From positions 4,774,001 to 4,838,000 of the forward strand of contig NC_081333.1 of the NCBI RefSeq assembly GCF_022539665.2: a stretch of DNA of 64,000 bases, written 5' to 3'. Both the position numbers and the translations under genes were made by a program. Below the pieces are notes generated by a model. That model did no database searches. It saw only the letters and a list, made by a program, of their open reading frames with translations, and had not been told where the DNA came from. The stretch is from Daphnia carinata. Its lineage: Eukaryota. Positions 13,430-26,343 of the stretch are shown here, in pieces; the stretch's first letter is position 1, and each line of letters starts with the position of its first letter.

Positions 13430-15233
13430 CTGCAACTTATTAGATCGACGGCATAGGAATTATTATCTAACGACGTTCATTAGGCGCGGCGAATTGTAAA
13501 CTCTCACAGATAGCAGGATATCTTTCAGTAGAACAAATGTCACAATCTATGACTGATATTTTAAGTAATATGGTAAAGTTAGTCAGTCTCTTAAAGATAA
13601 GGATATCTTTTTATATACTTTCAGCTGTGTCCGGCCAAACGGAAGAATCGAGGACGGATGAACAATCCTGTTTCTCCGCTTCGGTATATTCTATTGGACA
13701 ATTTGGAGTTACCTTCTCGTCGGTGCGGATTTGGCATTGCTGAGTGCAAAATTTCTCAAGGTCCTCAGAAGTGAAAAATGATGAAATTGTTACACCGTCA
13801 ATTTCATCTATCTGACGAAGGGTTTCACATTTAATAGTTGAAAAGTCCCCAATGATTCTTTCACTAAGCAATGACCCTGGGAAACGAAAATGTAAGTTAT
13901 TCTACATTGTGAGCTAAAATATGCAAGTAGGCCTACTCATGGGTATGGTCTTTATAATGGGCGCCACACCAATGCATAGAAAATTGCTGGCCGGAGTACA
14001 ATGCCGATAATGCCCAGGGTTTCGGAGAGAAGACTTCCTTGAATGAATTTTCGCTCTAGCCGAAGAACGAATTTCGGACTTCTTCGATACGACCATGGAA
14101 TTACAACTTAAAAAAGGCCCCGCTATTTCTCGTTCGGATGCAAAAGGTAACAATTCAGCAAATGTAGCACATTTTTTAGCAGGAATAATGCCCGACACTA
14201 ATGGGTTATAGAAGAAAAATTCCGTTAATTTAGTTAATCTATCACTATGAAGAAAAAGTTTCAGACGAATTTTCACAAACCCGGGGTTTTGACTGCGTGC
14301 TGCAACACAGGTGTAGTCGGGAAGAATGAAGGAGTGTGAATTTCGGTTTCAGTACCTTCTACGGAAAGTTTTGAGGTGATTTTCATGTTTCCGTTCATTT
14401 GGAATTGTTGCGCACAAAAGTCGTCCAGGTCCTCGATAGTAAAAAATGACGAAATTGTAAAACCATCAATTTCATCTACCTGACGTCTGGTTTTACATTC
14501 CGTGTTGAGTATGTCATTGCGGTATTTTTCGCTGCAACTTAATGATACTGAAAAATAATAGAAACATTAATGGTGAAAATGACGAGGAAAAAAAAATTGC
14601 AGATACTTTTGGATTTTGTCTTCCTAGTACGTCGTCGACTTAGAAAAGGAGTGTCGCTAACCAAAGTGCAATACCGAAGGGCACGAGCTTTCCGCCAAGG
14701 GAGCTTACGCAATTTCGTTTTGATTCCGGTCGAACAACGCGAATTATGAGATAGGTCCATAGAACAAACACTATGAACAGATGTTTGTTCTTCCCATCCT
14801 TCATTTTCTTTTGGGCCAGTAATCTCGGGAGCAGAAAGACTTAAATCTTTTGGCACAAGATAATTTTGTTTAGAAAGATAAGAAGCAAATGCCTCCTTGT
14901 CCTCTTCATGGAAACGAAGCAAAGGTGGAGGCGACGAATCATCAGATTCGTCTTCAGAAAAACTAACACACTCATATGACCATATCTGTGTGCTTGCATT
15001 AAGTTTTAACTTGCGCCTGCGGCTTGTAAGGTTCTGTGGACTTCCTAAGTTTGAGAAAAACTGTTCTTGAATGAACACATGACGGATCAAATTAGACCAC
15101 TGTGCTACATACCACATTCACCATGATCTAAAAAAAGTTTCGGCATGTCAGGATCAACATCAAACATGGACAAGGAAGTACAGGATGATGAGCAAGTAGA
15201 AGTAATATTCTCTTTTTTTCCGTTATTTTCCAT
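13430..15233 (-). CDS. Multi-exon gene of unknown function with an internally duplicated ~45-aa motif (boundaries approximate)
   Basis: Minus-strand ORF pieces (15105-15311, 14539-15117, 13914-14276, 13611-13871) have protein-like composition and plausible splice signals. The motif C(K/E)TxRQ(V/I)DEIDG(F/V)TISSFFTxEDL(D/E)xFCxQQ occurs twice. Candidate start MENNGKKE at 15233. Confidence 0.5.
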
Positions 15234-16291
15234 TTTGTCTTTGATCTTTGATTTAGAATTTTCTAGCTTGTTTCCAAGAAAAATTCCAACCTCAACCTCA
15301 AACACAAACAATAATAAAATGTTAAAGCAAGCTAAACATATTCAGGAGGGGGATGGTAACCCACCTTTTTAAAATGGAAGTATGGCCCAAGGTACTGGGT
15401 AGGAATGGAATTTTTTCTTAAATACCAGACATTGTTCCGTAGTTTTAGGCACTCACTGCCAAAATGTATAGAGCAAACAAACAGAAGGCATGGTCGAACA
15501 GAAGATGGAATGCTGCAATAGAAAGTATAATAAGTTGTAACATACTTATTTTATATTCTGGTTTAGAAATTGAACAACCGAAAGAGGTATGGTCCAAGAT
15601 GTGAAGATATGCCAAGCTGAAGTTGAAACCCACAGATGAAACACTGACAAGCCATGCTTACCTAATTATCATAACACTTCACTTCATAAAACAATAATAC
15701 CTGCCTTGAAACGACATCAACACGAGAAGGTAAGCATTAGAACGATGAGCATGGAAATGGACTAAAACATAGAATCACGCAAGTTGTCAGACTCAGATGT
15801 GAAGAGTATCTAGTAACTGCCACAAAGCTTAGCACTCTTCTTCAGGCATGCACTCTTTCGAATAACATGATCTCCGCGAATCACCTTAGACCATTCGGGT
15901 TGTCCAAGGCTCAACAAACTTTTTTGGCTTACTGATTGGCTCTTTTCTTTTCCCATCCCCACCCTCACCCTTCCATTTCTTTCTCCTTCCCGCTCTAACA
16001 TTTTTCTGGTGTGCATCTGTAGAGTTGCCGCCTTCATTTGTTTCTTTTTGTGTTATTTACGTTTATTATTTTTTTGTTTGTTCTTTATTTATGCGATGCA
16101 ACGGTCTTTACCGTAATCCTTTTTTCATTTTTTAAAATATTACATAACTACGCAACGGTATGCTTCCTTTAAAATTAGCGTAAATGATGAAATGGTACAA
16201 ACGGACATTCGGCTAGCCTAACCAGTTATAAAACCCGATTACATGGATTTGTACCCTGTTTGCCCACTTTTTTGAAATACATTGTATTTTA

Positions 16292-16730
16292 CAGACTTGC
16301 CGCGCCGATCAATTTTCCGATCGCGATCTCCGATCCGATCTTTTGAGTTTGATCGGATCGGGCGATCCGATCAAACTGCGAAAGATCGGATCGGCGATCA
16401 AATTTTGCCGATCATTTTTAGCGATCATTTTTGTGCAGCATCTAACGGTAAAAATTTACACTGTTTCGCGAAAATAGCATTGGCTGTCACAGCGACAGTC
16501 ACTGGCGGCCATTGAGGGTGAACACTAAACAGTTTCCTTCAATTGGCATTCGCATAAATAGCAGTGAAATAGAACCCTGCGGCTGAAAATCTACAGCTAG
16601 ATGGCGAAAAGTTTGATCGCTAAAAACGATCGGATCGCGATCAATTTTTTGGGATCGCCGATCCGATCTCCGATCTTTTTCAAAAGATCGGATCGGCGAT
16701 CAATTTTTGATCGCGATCGCGGCAAGTCTG
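16292..16730. mobile_element. Non-autonomous hAT-type DNA transposon (MITE)
   Basis: Terminal inverted repeats CAGACTTGCCGCG / CGCGGCAAGTCTG. Perfect 8-bp TSD GTATTTTA at 16284-16291 and 16731-16738. Dense GATCG/CGATC subterminal repeats at both ends. Confidence 0.9.
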
Positions 16731-16799
16731 GTATTTTATTTATATTTCTTACTTTCCCACTTATCCCGTTTGGGCCGAGTAGTTTCATTTACACTGGGT

Positions 16800-18900
16800 A
16801 TCTTGAAGAGAATCGAAACCGCTTCAAAAATCAGGCTGGTCGCGAGGCAATATGTACTACTTAGTACATAATCGCGCCTACAGTTTTCTATATGGAGAAA
16901 GTGTGTGTTGTCGCCACTAGGGCTTTGATTTGGTTGCTTTAGTGGTTAAACCGCTAAAGTTAAACCAGTTAAACAATAATGCGTGTAGCGCATGTCTTTT
17001 AAATTTTTTTGAAGCGAATAATATGAATTCGGTTGATGTAAATTTTTCCAATGAGGTAATATGTATAACATAAATACTACTATATGTTACAATTATATAT
17101 AGATATTTATATATATTACTATTATATACATACAATACTGTAATATATTGTCATGCTCAGATTTTTACACTAGCCTTTTGCTTGTCGGTGAACGTTTACT
17201 AAAAGTGCGGATGATTGCTCTGCTGACTCCCACACAAAAGTCAGTCAGTAGCAATAAGTCTCCACTGTTGGTGATCAACCCGGTTACACACTAACAACAA
17301 ACCGTGTCCACAACCGACTACACTTAAGGTAGGAACTACACTCCTAGAAGGAAAGTACACTAAAGTACGCACAAACTACGTTACACAATATTCCCAAAGG
17401 TAATACAGAAGCAAGGTGAAGACAAAAGGAAGGGCAAGCTAGATAGCTTGCCCTTCCTTTTGTCTTCACCTTAGTATTATAACCTAGGTTATAAAACTAA
17501 CAAATAGTCATTTAAGGTTAGCCATTTACACTAGTGTTAAAAGCGATGTTACAATATATTATATATATATTGTACTTATATAATGAATATGTACAATTGG
17601 TGTGATAATTGAAATAAAAGAATATAAGAGAAACAATTTTTTTATTATTTGTCAGCTAAATTAATTACCATAATTAGTTGATTAATTATAGTAAATAGCC
17701 CTTGGTAAGGGCTATCTATTTCTGGGTAAATGTTATCAACATTTTCAAAGGGAAAAAATCTCAAAGGCAAAATGTGTTTTTGTTGTTTTTCGATCTAAGG
17801 TTCTAATGGACGCAACAGATAAAAACAAAAAAATTGATGTTACGCTTAAACTTTTTCCTTTTCTGAAAATTTAACATAAATTTCATAGAATTAGATAGCT
17901 CTTGATAAGAGCTCTCGATTGATGCAAAATTTGTCAATTTTGACTGTTTATTTTCCTCATAAATAATTATTAAAGGATTTCATGATTTTAGAAAGGGGGG
18001 GGTGTGTGAAAAAGACGAAATTTTGCATTGATCGTTTGATGCTTAAGCTTCGTCAAAACAGGAAATCATTATAATATTTATGTTGCTTGTGATTCCAGGA
18101 ACAAGTTGCTATAAACAATTACTTTAAGGTGCTATATTTAACCCCAAAAATTACGTTTGAAAAAGTGGCTTTTGATAAACCATTATGGCGGCCATTTTTT
18201 TAGCGCGCCAAGTTCAAATTTTAAAAAGCGTAAATAAGTGTAAAAAATTTTAATTATAAGTACATATTTACATTTTGTATGTGTCTAGAGAATTTCAATA
18301 TCCGTCTTAGATAGAAAATCTTAAAAAGTAACTAAGATAAGCTAAACAAATTTATTTCATGGGTTCTCATTTAATTTACAATTTTAGGTTTTTTTTTCCA
18401 CATTTCCGCGTGGAAAACTACGTTTTATCGCGAGTTCCGCATGGAAAAACTCCAAGCAGACAATATTCCAAAAAAACATTGACTAACGCCCTGCGCGTTT
18501 ATCATTTAGCCCATAAGAAGTGCATCTGCAACTATGTACTGCTTAGTACATATGTAGTGAGACCATCTTGTCAAAAATACCGACACGTGTAATAACCGAT
18601 CGACCATTTTTAGGTAGGTAAGTAGGTCGGTGCGATACAACGTGTCTCGGGTAATCCCCTTACCAAGTAGTACACGAAAATTAAATTGATTTTAATGGTG
18701 AAACTATTAGCCTAAAACAAATAATTTTTACAGATTGGATACCTCTTCATGAGGACTGTCCATTCCTGTAAAATTATCGTTTGAAAAGTACCCACTCGAG
18801 TAGTAAACCGATTGGCTACTTTTTGCGTAGGTCGGGCTGGTTTGCAGGTTTTTTTTTAGGAATTCGCTGTCCCTGTTATACGTGAAATTAAATTTATTAC
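16800..18900. mobile_element. Probable degenerate DNA-transposon-derived sequence
   Basis: Non-coding, with several short hairpins (ATAGCCCTTGGTAAGGGCTAT ~17694; AGCTCTTGATAAGAGCT ~17897) and a repeated TATGTACTrCTTAGTACATA (~16851, ~18533). No termini identified. Confidence 0.35.
17413..17472. repeat. Perfect 29-bp inverted repeat with 2-nt spacer
   Basis: AAGGTGAAGACAAAAGGAAGGGCAAGCTA-GA-TAGCTTGCCCTTCCTTTTGTCTTCACCTT. Confidence 0.95.
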
Positions 18901-19125
18901 AATTGGTAAAATTATAAGTTCAAAATTGCATTCGTACGCTACATGACTTGAGCGTTCGTTAAAAAGCGCTGATGAACTCGTATGAACATTGTTAAACGAG
19001 CATTTATGATCGCCACCTGATGGTTACTGGCACAACTAACAACAGATTATTATAATTCTTTTCTCTTTTTTTTAGAATTTCATTTTTGATGTAAGCCATA
19101 TTTTTTGTGGACTCATTCCTTGCGG

Positions 19126-19558
19126 CAGTCTTGCCGCGATCGCGATCATCGATCATCGATTACGATTAAAAAACGATCGCCGATCAAATCTTTACATTTT
19201 GATTTTGATTTGATCAGCGATAAAAAAACTTGTTGATCGACAGCGATCATTTTTGCGATTGAATTCAGCGCCACCAGACGTAAAAACTTAGAATTCATAT
19301 AAATTTTTGCTAAACAGTTTCGCTGAGGAAGCTGTTTATCCTTCTTTCGCAGCAGACGCCTTTTTTGTCGCCATTGACTTGAAATGGTGACAGTTTAGTT
19401 TAAATTTTCACCACTAGATTTCGCCCCAAAAAGATCGGATCGCACAAATTTTGATCACCGATCAAATCATTTTAAAAAGATCGAATCGCCGATCAAAATC
19501 AATCAGTGATGATCGGATCGGCGATCAAAATCAAAAATCAATCGCAACGGCAAGTCTG
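19126..19558. mobile_element. Non-autonomous hAT-type MITE, related to 16292-16730
   Basis: TIRs CAGTCTTGCCG / CGGCAAGTCTG. Perfect 8-bp TSD CCTTGCGG at 19118-19125 and 19559-19566. GATC-rich subterminal repeats. Confidence 0.9.
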
Positions 19559-21136
19559 CCTTGCGGCAAAAAAGGTTTTTTGGCTGCGCGCCCACGGCTC
19601 TAAATAATCAATGCACAATCAACGTGATCGCTGATTGGCACAATCATAAGTGTCGTGCTTGTTGTTGAACTGTTTCAAAATAAACTCCCAAATTGCTGCA
19701 GACGTCATGGGTAAGAATCAGTTTTAAAATTTTGTTTCCGAATCTTCATCAATGCCAGCGCAAGGTTCTAGTGTAATGGGCTACAATAATTTAAAACACC
19801 CACATGACCCTGGCTAAGAAATTAAACTACATAAGGCTTGCAATAGTCCTATAGCTGACCTTCTTTATTATATTTGATGTAAACAACATTCAGCAAAGTA
19901 GGTATGAATGGGGTCAAAACCGCACCGCTGCCTGCCACGTATACCTTAGGTTACAAAAGTAAATTGTTTAATAATCATCTCATAACTTTTGCTCACACCA
20001 GAATTTCAAGATGCGTTCGCAGACAGCATGTGGGTAAGTCTTCGAATGCCTTTTTTGCCTCGAAATGTTTGAATTGTACTTTTAAAAGTTGTTTCTGAAC
20101 GATAGAAATTGAGCCTACAGTGTAATTATGTTCCAATCAGATATTTAATCTTGGTCGTTCTCGCGTGTGTGCTACCGAACATCTTGGCCGCTCCATCGAG
20201 TGCTGCAGTCGACCTTGAAAAAAATCAACTTGCTATGAAGAACTGAAAGAAACGATTCGACTGAAATTGGCAAAGACGTTTTTACCACAGCGAAGTTCAT
20301 TGCAGTGCGTCGAAATTCTTACTATTGGTCTTGCAAAATTTTCTTTCAATTAATTTGTTTGAATTTAATTAATGGTTGAAAGATCTTTATTACGTGATAG
20401 TGGTACTAGCTATAATGCAATTGTTGCTAATACGTTTTCAAATTTTAACAGCCATAGGGCTGCTCATTCGTAAAGGCAGCAGCAGGAATGTGTAATTTAA
20501 TATGCAACGCAAAAATCGACTATAAAGGTAAAAATTACGCAATGCTGGTTGGCAACATTAATTTTCCTTTTTGTAATTTTTCATTTTAAAAGCAATACTG
20601 GAAAGATCTGAAAATGAAGACCTGGATCAAATTGACATGAATCAAGTCCGCGATGTAGTTAGGGCAGAACAAACAAACATTTAAAAAAAATATTTTTGTC
20701 CAAAACTGTAATTGCAGGAAAAAAATATGACGTAACATCAGAAAAACGGATGTCCGGTAATAAAAGCCGTCTCGTTTGCCTGAAGTCTAGACTCTATTAA
20801 CAACTGATTGGGATATCAGGACGGGTACTCGACGGATCCATGGTTGGTTGTGCCCTGATTTAGAGACAACAAAAAAAGAATTGACGTATCAATATCGCCC
20901 TATGTATTACGAGTTCTCAAAAATGGTGGATTTCGTTGACAAAAGGTAATTAATGGCTGAAAAGAGTGACGAAAAGGTCGGAACAGTTTGAATAACGATT
21001 AATTGTAATCACAGTGGCCAACCGCAAAGAACCAATCACAAGGTCAACTATTTCGTTATTTTGGAATTCGTTCAGAATCAGACTAGACTATGGCGTTAGT
21101 TTTAGTCTTGCTAGCCCTTGAAATAAGGCACTCAGG

Positions 21137-21366
21137 TTGTCACACAGGGCTGATAGCTACGGCTACACGGTCGATGTCAAGTACGAAGGCGAAGCCAAAT
21201 ATCCCAAATTCGTCACGTCCAAATACAACACGTACTCTGCTCCAGCCTACAAGGCACCCTCTGCCTCGTCTATTCTGCCGAAGCCTACAGAGCTCCCGAA
21301 TACAGAGCTCCGGCCACCGCTGCTCCGGTGTACAAAACTCCAGCGTACACCGCTCCAGGCTACTAA
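21137..21366 (+). pseudogene. 5'-truncated fragment of an R&R cuticle protein gene (paralog of 27114-27754)
   Basis: RADSYGYTVDVKYEGEAKYPKFVTSKYNTYSAPAYKAP plus a 3' region homologous to the other plus-strand copies. No signal-peptide exons or first half of the R&R domain upstream. Confidence 0.85.
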
Positions 21367-21612
21367 CCATCCACCTGCAAAACACCCACTGCTCCCTCCA
21401 AATACTAGATGGTAAAATATTGTCGAAGATTATACATGACGCCCGAATGAGGTCTGATACCGCAACAGAAAACTAGTTTACTTCTTTCCGCTGGTTGTGC
21501 TGAAAGTAAGGACCACTTTTTTTTCAATGTATCTTTAAACAACTTCCTTGAAAACTTACATAATTGATGAATATTAAGGGCAATTGATGTGGTTGAAAAA
21601 ATCACAACAATG

Positions 21613-21732
21613 TCTCCAGTGGCGTAATTGTTTAGCGCATGGTACTTATAGGACAGTAACTAATTGTGCGCAATGAACATGCAATCATTGTAAGTAATGC
21701 CGAGGTCGCGAGTTCGAACCTCGCCTGGAGAA
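21613..21732 (+). tRNA. tRNA-Ile(UAU) with a 46-nt intron (21651-21696); possibly a young pseudogene
   Basis: Acceptor stem TCTCCAG/CTGGAGA, D stem GCGT/GCGC, anticodon TAT at 21647-21649 with the intron after position 37, T arm GCGAG-TTCGAAC-CTCGC. The D-loop GG is changed to GT. Confidence 0.8.
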
Positions 21733-22301
21733 TAAAAGTACTTTATCAATGTTGTTATTATAGCAGAATAATAGATGATACCTGTGCATTGTTTCTACAA
21801 TGGTTTGATGACATAGTAGGCGAGTAGCATAGGAAAGATCGTATAATAGGTCGTAAACATTAATCCTAAAAGCTCTAAACGAACCATACGACAATAGTTT
21901 GGTTTTCAAAATTTGAATACCTCATAGTATAGCGTTGGAATCTTTAAAGTCACGATATGCTAATCGTTGTTGTAATGGATTTTAGCGCAATATCATTGAT
22001 TCGTACGTTAATTGTGTCTTTGTGGCCTAAATGATAAGACACCGGGCTCCTAAATTGGTGTTAACAGATTCGATTCTTTCAATAGGTAAGGTGACTAATC
22101 ATCAATATAGGTAGTTTTTTATGATTTCATCAACGTTGAATATGATTACCTGAACACCATACATCAGGTGAATTGGAAATAAATAAGTATATAATAAATA
22201 TTATAAATAAGGACATAGTAGTTTTGCTTTAGTATAGTTTAATAAATGATAATTTTTTAATTTGACATCTTTTTGACGTAAAAATTCAGAATTCCGTGGA
22301 C

Positions 22302-22958
22302 TTAGTAGTCGCGGGCAACGTTAGCGGAAGTCCTGTAGACTGGGCTGGTTGCGGGACCGATGGAGGCCATATTGTAACGAGCAGGAGTGATGACAACAGG
22401 GGAATTGTAAGCAGTGGAAACTGGCGCGGAGTAAACTGGTGCGGAATAGGCACGTGGCGAGTAGGAGGTAGCAGGGTATTGGGCTTCACCTTCGTACTTG
22501 ACATCAGCCGTGTATCCGTAGCTATCAGCTTTGTAGGTAACGATTTGAACGCGGCCATCGGGCAGGAGGACGCGGTAAGTGCCAGTGGTTACTTTGCTGT
22601 CGCTGTTCTCTGAGTGGGAGTAGTCGCTGTCATAACCATCGTTGACAGCCTAGTTGAAAGCGTATGGCCGGGCAGCCTATACGGAATGGGCAATCATTCA
22701 TTTAGAAAAGCGTTGAATAGATAAAACAAAAGCCAATTGGACTTACGTATTCCCTGGTCTCGTAAGTTGAAGCCGGGTAAGATAGGCTATTGTAAGGGGA
22801 TGAAGTCGAATAGGTTTGGCCTGGGTAAGCGGAATTGGCTGCGGCGACAGCGATCAGGGCGGCGAGTACGACAAACTTGAAAATTGAAAGAGAGATTTTG
22901 TTAGAACGATAAACAATAATTTTGAACTGTTTAAATGCACAACAAATTTTACCTGCAT
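22302..22958 (-). pseudogene. R&R (RR-2-like) cuticle protein gene with a nonsense mutation
   Basis: Three exons: MQ / FVVLAALIAVAAANSAYPGQ... / AARPYAFN*AVNDGY...GTYRVLLPDGRVQIVTYKADSYGYTADVKYEG. TAG at 22650-22652 where paralogs have TGG (Trp). Confidence 0.85.
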
Positions 22959-23598
22959 GTTGAGGAGCTGGAAGAATGATTGAGACAGTTAGGCAACTGA
23001 TGCTCTTTCTGCCATTCTCTCTCCCTTAAATACTGCAGAGCGATGTCTTTATTGTACTTCATGTGAGTTGCTTTTTTCTGTGTTTAGATGAGAAAAATGT
23101 TTGTTTATGCCAAAAAAATGGAGAAAGGAAAATTGTTTCTTACACCACTTTTGGGCAACGCTCTCGATTAGGATCTTTCCATGGCCATCGAATAACTCCA
23201 AAAAAACGGGACTTTCCCAATTGTGTTCTACACAGTAGTCTTTCTATAACATCAAACTCCCAAATTTCAAATTGACTCACTCGTTGAACAAATGTCGATT
23301 CAACCAGTGGAGGTAATAACAACTTGGTTGAGTGATACCTTTCAACATGTTTGATGCTAAAATCGAGGCTAAATGAATAGTTTGACAAACGATGCACAAC
23401 CCATAAAAACAACAAAACTAAGAATTTATTGCGCATGGCCATAAACCATGCTCGTAATTAACCGTTGTTACTCAAGTTCACCTGCACTAACGTACTTAAC
23501 TCCGAACAACCGTTGAATCCGGTTACTTTCGTTTCGTGCTAAGCATACTTACAGATGTGCCATATCCCACAGTTTCTCTCCTTACGTTCAACGTTCGG

Positions 23599-23636
23599 TA
23601 TAAATATCGCAATCGAATCGACTCAAACCATCAGTC
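23599..23636 (+). promoter_or_regulatory. TATA box plus arthropod Inr of the plus-strand cuticle genes (equivalents at ~27039-27077 and ~30359-30396)
   Basis: TATAAATA followed ~30 nt later by TCAGTC, about 40 nt before the ATG, in all three copies. Confidence 0.75.
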
Positions 23637-23672
23637 TCTAAACTATTTCAAGCAAATCACGCCTCCTGCAAA

Positions 23673-24358
23673 ATGAAGGTAAGCGACATTTTGAGTTTTC
23701 AAAAGCTTCCTTTATAGAAGAAAGAACAATATTCAATTCATTTTATCACCAGTTCTTCATCCTCGCCGCTGTTGTCGCTATTGCCTCCGCTGATTCCTAC
23801 AGGACCGCGGAATACGCACCAAAGTACGTGGCTCCTAAATATGAAGCTCCCAAGTTCGTGGCTGCTGCATTCGGCGGAGTCAACTATGAGGTAAGTTATC
23901 ATTTGAAAATGTTTTAATGGTGTGTATTTAATTCGGATTCAAATGAATTGTTTAGGCTTAACCGTGCGAGTTTGGGTACTCCGTGAAAGATGCTTAATAC
24001 TACGCTGATTTTGATCACTCCGAGAGAAGCGATAGTAAAGTCACGACTGGCTCTTCCCACGTTCAACTTCCAGATGGTCGCACTCAGATCGTCACATACA
24101 GAGCTGATAGCTACGGCTACACGGCTGATGTCAAGTACGAAGGAGAAGCCAAATATCCCGAATGCGTGCATACAACACGTACGCTCCAGCCTACAGGGCT
24201 ATCGCACAAATTTACCCATCCTCCAATACAAATCTCCTGCTACCCGTGCTCCCGTTTACTCCACACAAGTATATAAGGCTACCGCCGTCGTCTACCCTTC
24301 ACCAGCCTACAAAGCTCCCGAATACAGAGCTCCAGCTGCCGCTGCCTCGGTCTACTAA
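23673..24358 (+). pseudogene. R&R cuticle protein pseudogene
   Basis: MK / FFILAAVVAIASADSY... exons are intact. Exon 3 has TAA at 23959-23961 and 23995-23997 (CAA and GAA in the paralog at 27404ff) and a small deletion near 24170. Confidence 0.85.
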
Positions 24359-24617
24359 CCTCCCATTTACACCACCATCGCTGCTCCCAGAATATCAGAA
24401 CCTAAAGCATTGTCGAAGATAATTTAATACATAACGCCCGCATGACGTTTGATCACGCAATGCAAAATTAATTTACTTCTATTCATTGGTTATGCAGAAA
24501 TTATGGACCATATTAGCCTATATTTTCAATGTTCCTTTTAACTATATTGTTATAGATATTCAAATAATAACATGAGTATTAAGGGAAGTGGATTAGATAT
24601 GGAAAGTTCAAATCTTG

Positions 24618-24740
24618 TCCTCGGTGTCGCAGTTGTTTAGAGCATATGATTTGCAAAATAGTAATTAGTTTTGTGGACCTAATATGCAATTATTAAAAAT
24701 AACGCATATGTCGTGAGTTCATTAACCCCCATCTGGAGAA
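24618..24740 (+). pseudogene. Degenerate intron-containing tRNA-Ile(UAU) copy
   Basis: Same position in the repeat unit and alignable to 21613-21732 (GTTTAGAGCAT...TAGTAATTAG...ATGCAAT...GTCGTGAGTTC...CTGGAGA). Anticodon arm destroyed. Confidence 0.65.
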
Positions 24741-25762
24741 ATTAAGCCTTTTACCTATGCCTTTATTACAAGATGAAAGATTCTATTGCATCGTTTATAT
24801 TAGTGTGGTAATATAGTAGGCGAGCTGCATACGAAAGCATGCGAATCTTGTTATGGGTGATATCGTGTATCCTCAATGCCCTTAAGGAGCCACACCGCAA
24901 CAGTTTGGTTATTAATGTTTGAATACTTTATAGTAATTAGGTATACCCAAAATTGTGAAACAGTATTCAATGCGTCGAAGTTCTTCAAAGCTGCGATATA
25001 CCAAGCAATATTATGATTGATTTGAATGATATTAATTGACAGGCTTGTATAACATGAGCCATTGTGGGTAACGGATAATATACCGACCTTTTAATACGGG
25101 CTATGCTAGTACGTATCCTGTGATTGGTAAAAATACTAAACATTGTAACAGACGGATATTAAAATTTCATCAAAAATAATTGTTGATTAGTTGAATACCT
25201 TCTCTTCAACAATGGCTGTATGGTATCCATAATAGAATATTATACTGTTAAGTTGGCATTCGGTTTAATAGTCCCGTTTCGGTTTCAGTCGGATATTTTC
25301 TCAATTCTTCGGGGAAATCCAACGGTGTTGAGGCTATTCATTCAATTATGATTATGTCGTACTAAAATACGCAATACACTCAGGATCTCGAACACCAATT
25401 TATTTACTCCGAAAGCATATGCGAAAAAGAGGTTTAGACATTTTGCATTCTCATAAGATGGAATGGGAAGCCTTCGTGTTGAATTTGAGTACTAAGCGTT
25501 TAATTTCGATAGTTTCCACAAACACATTCAATTGATGTTTCACAAGAACCTTTTAACTTTATGCTATCAAAAAATTACTTTACGTTTCAATTGAAAATTC
25601 ATTCTCAAAAATTATTTTCTTTTCTATATGATTTATTACTCGTCTTTCTTTGGAGTTAGACAATAAATAAGGGCATTGTAGTTTTGCTTTAGAATAGTTT
25701 ATTAAATGATAGATTTTTAGTTGGACATTTTTTTAATGTAAACGTTTCCAAATTTTGTTGGC

Positions 25763-26343
25763 TTAGTAGTCGCGGGCAACTGGTGCGGAGTAAGCCGGTG
25801 CGGCGTAAGCCGGTGCGGAGTAAGCCGGTGCGGAGTAGGCCGGTGCGGAGTAGGTGGCAGCAGGGTACTTGGCTTCGCCTTCGTACTTGACATCAGCCCT
25901 GTATCCGTAGCTATCGGTGTTGTAGGTAACGATTTGAACACGACCATCGGGCAGGAGGACGCGGTAAGTGCCGGTGGTTACCTGACCATTGCTGCTCTGA
26001 GCGTGGGAGTAGTCACTGCCATAACCATCATTGACGGCCCAGTTGAAAGCGTATGGCTGGGCGGCCTATAAAAGGGGCAAACTTTCATTTAGAAACTGTT
26101 TTGAATGGATAAAAGAAAAGACAATTCGGCTTACGTATTCCTTGACCTCGTAAGTTGAAGGTGAATAAGATGGCCTATTGTAAGATGAAGTTGGATAACT
26201 TGAGCCAGGATAGGCAGAATTGGCTGCGGCGACAGCAATCAGGGCGGTGAGTACGACGAACTTGAAAATTGAAAGAGCGATTTTGTTAGAACGATAAACA
26301 ATCATTTTGAAGTGTTTAAATGCACTACAAATTTTACCTGCAT
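25763..26343 (-). CDS. R&R (RR-2-like) cuticle protein, 3 exons
   Basis: MQ / FVVLTALIAVAAANSAYPGSSY... / PYAFNWAVNDGYGSDYSHAQSSNGQVTTGTYRVLLPDGRVQIVTYNTDSYGYRADVKYEGEAKY, then (YSAPA)n. Frame open to TAA at 25763. Confidence 0.9.

Noticed and set aside
16282..16864. GATC clusters as an origin or methylation array, and the small ORFs over them
   Set aside because: Explained as subterminal repeats of a MITE with TIRs and a TSD.
19600..21100. Scattered splice-like signals suggesting a gene
   Set aside because: No coherent reading frame could be assembled.
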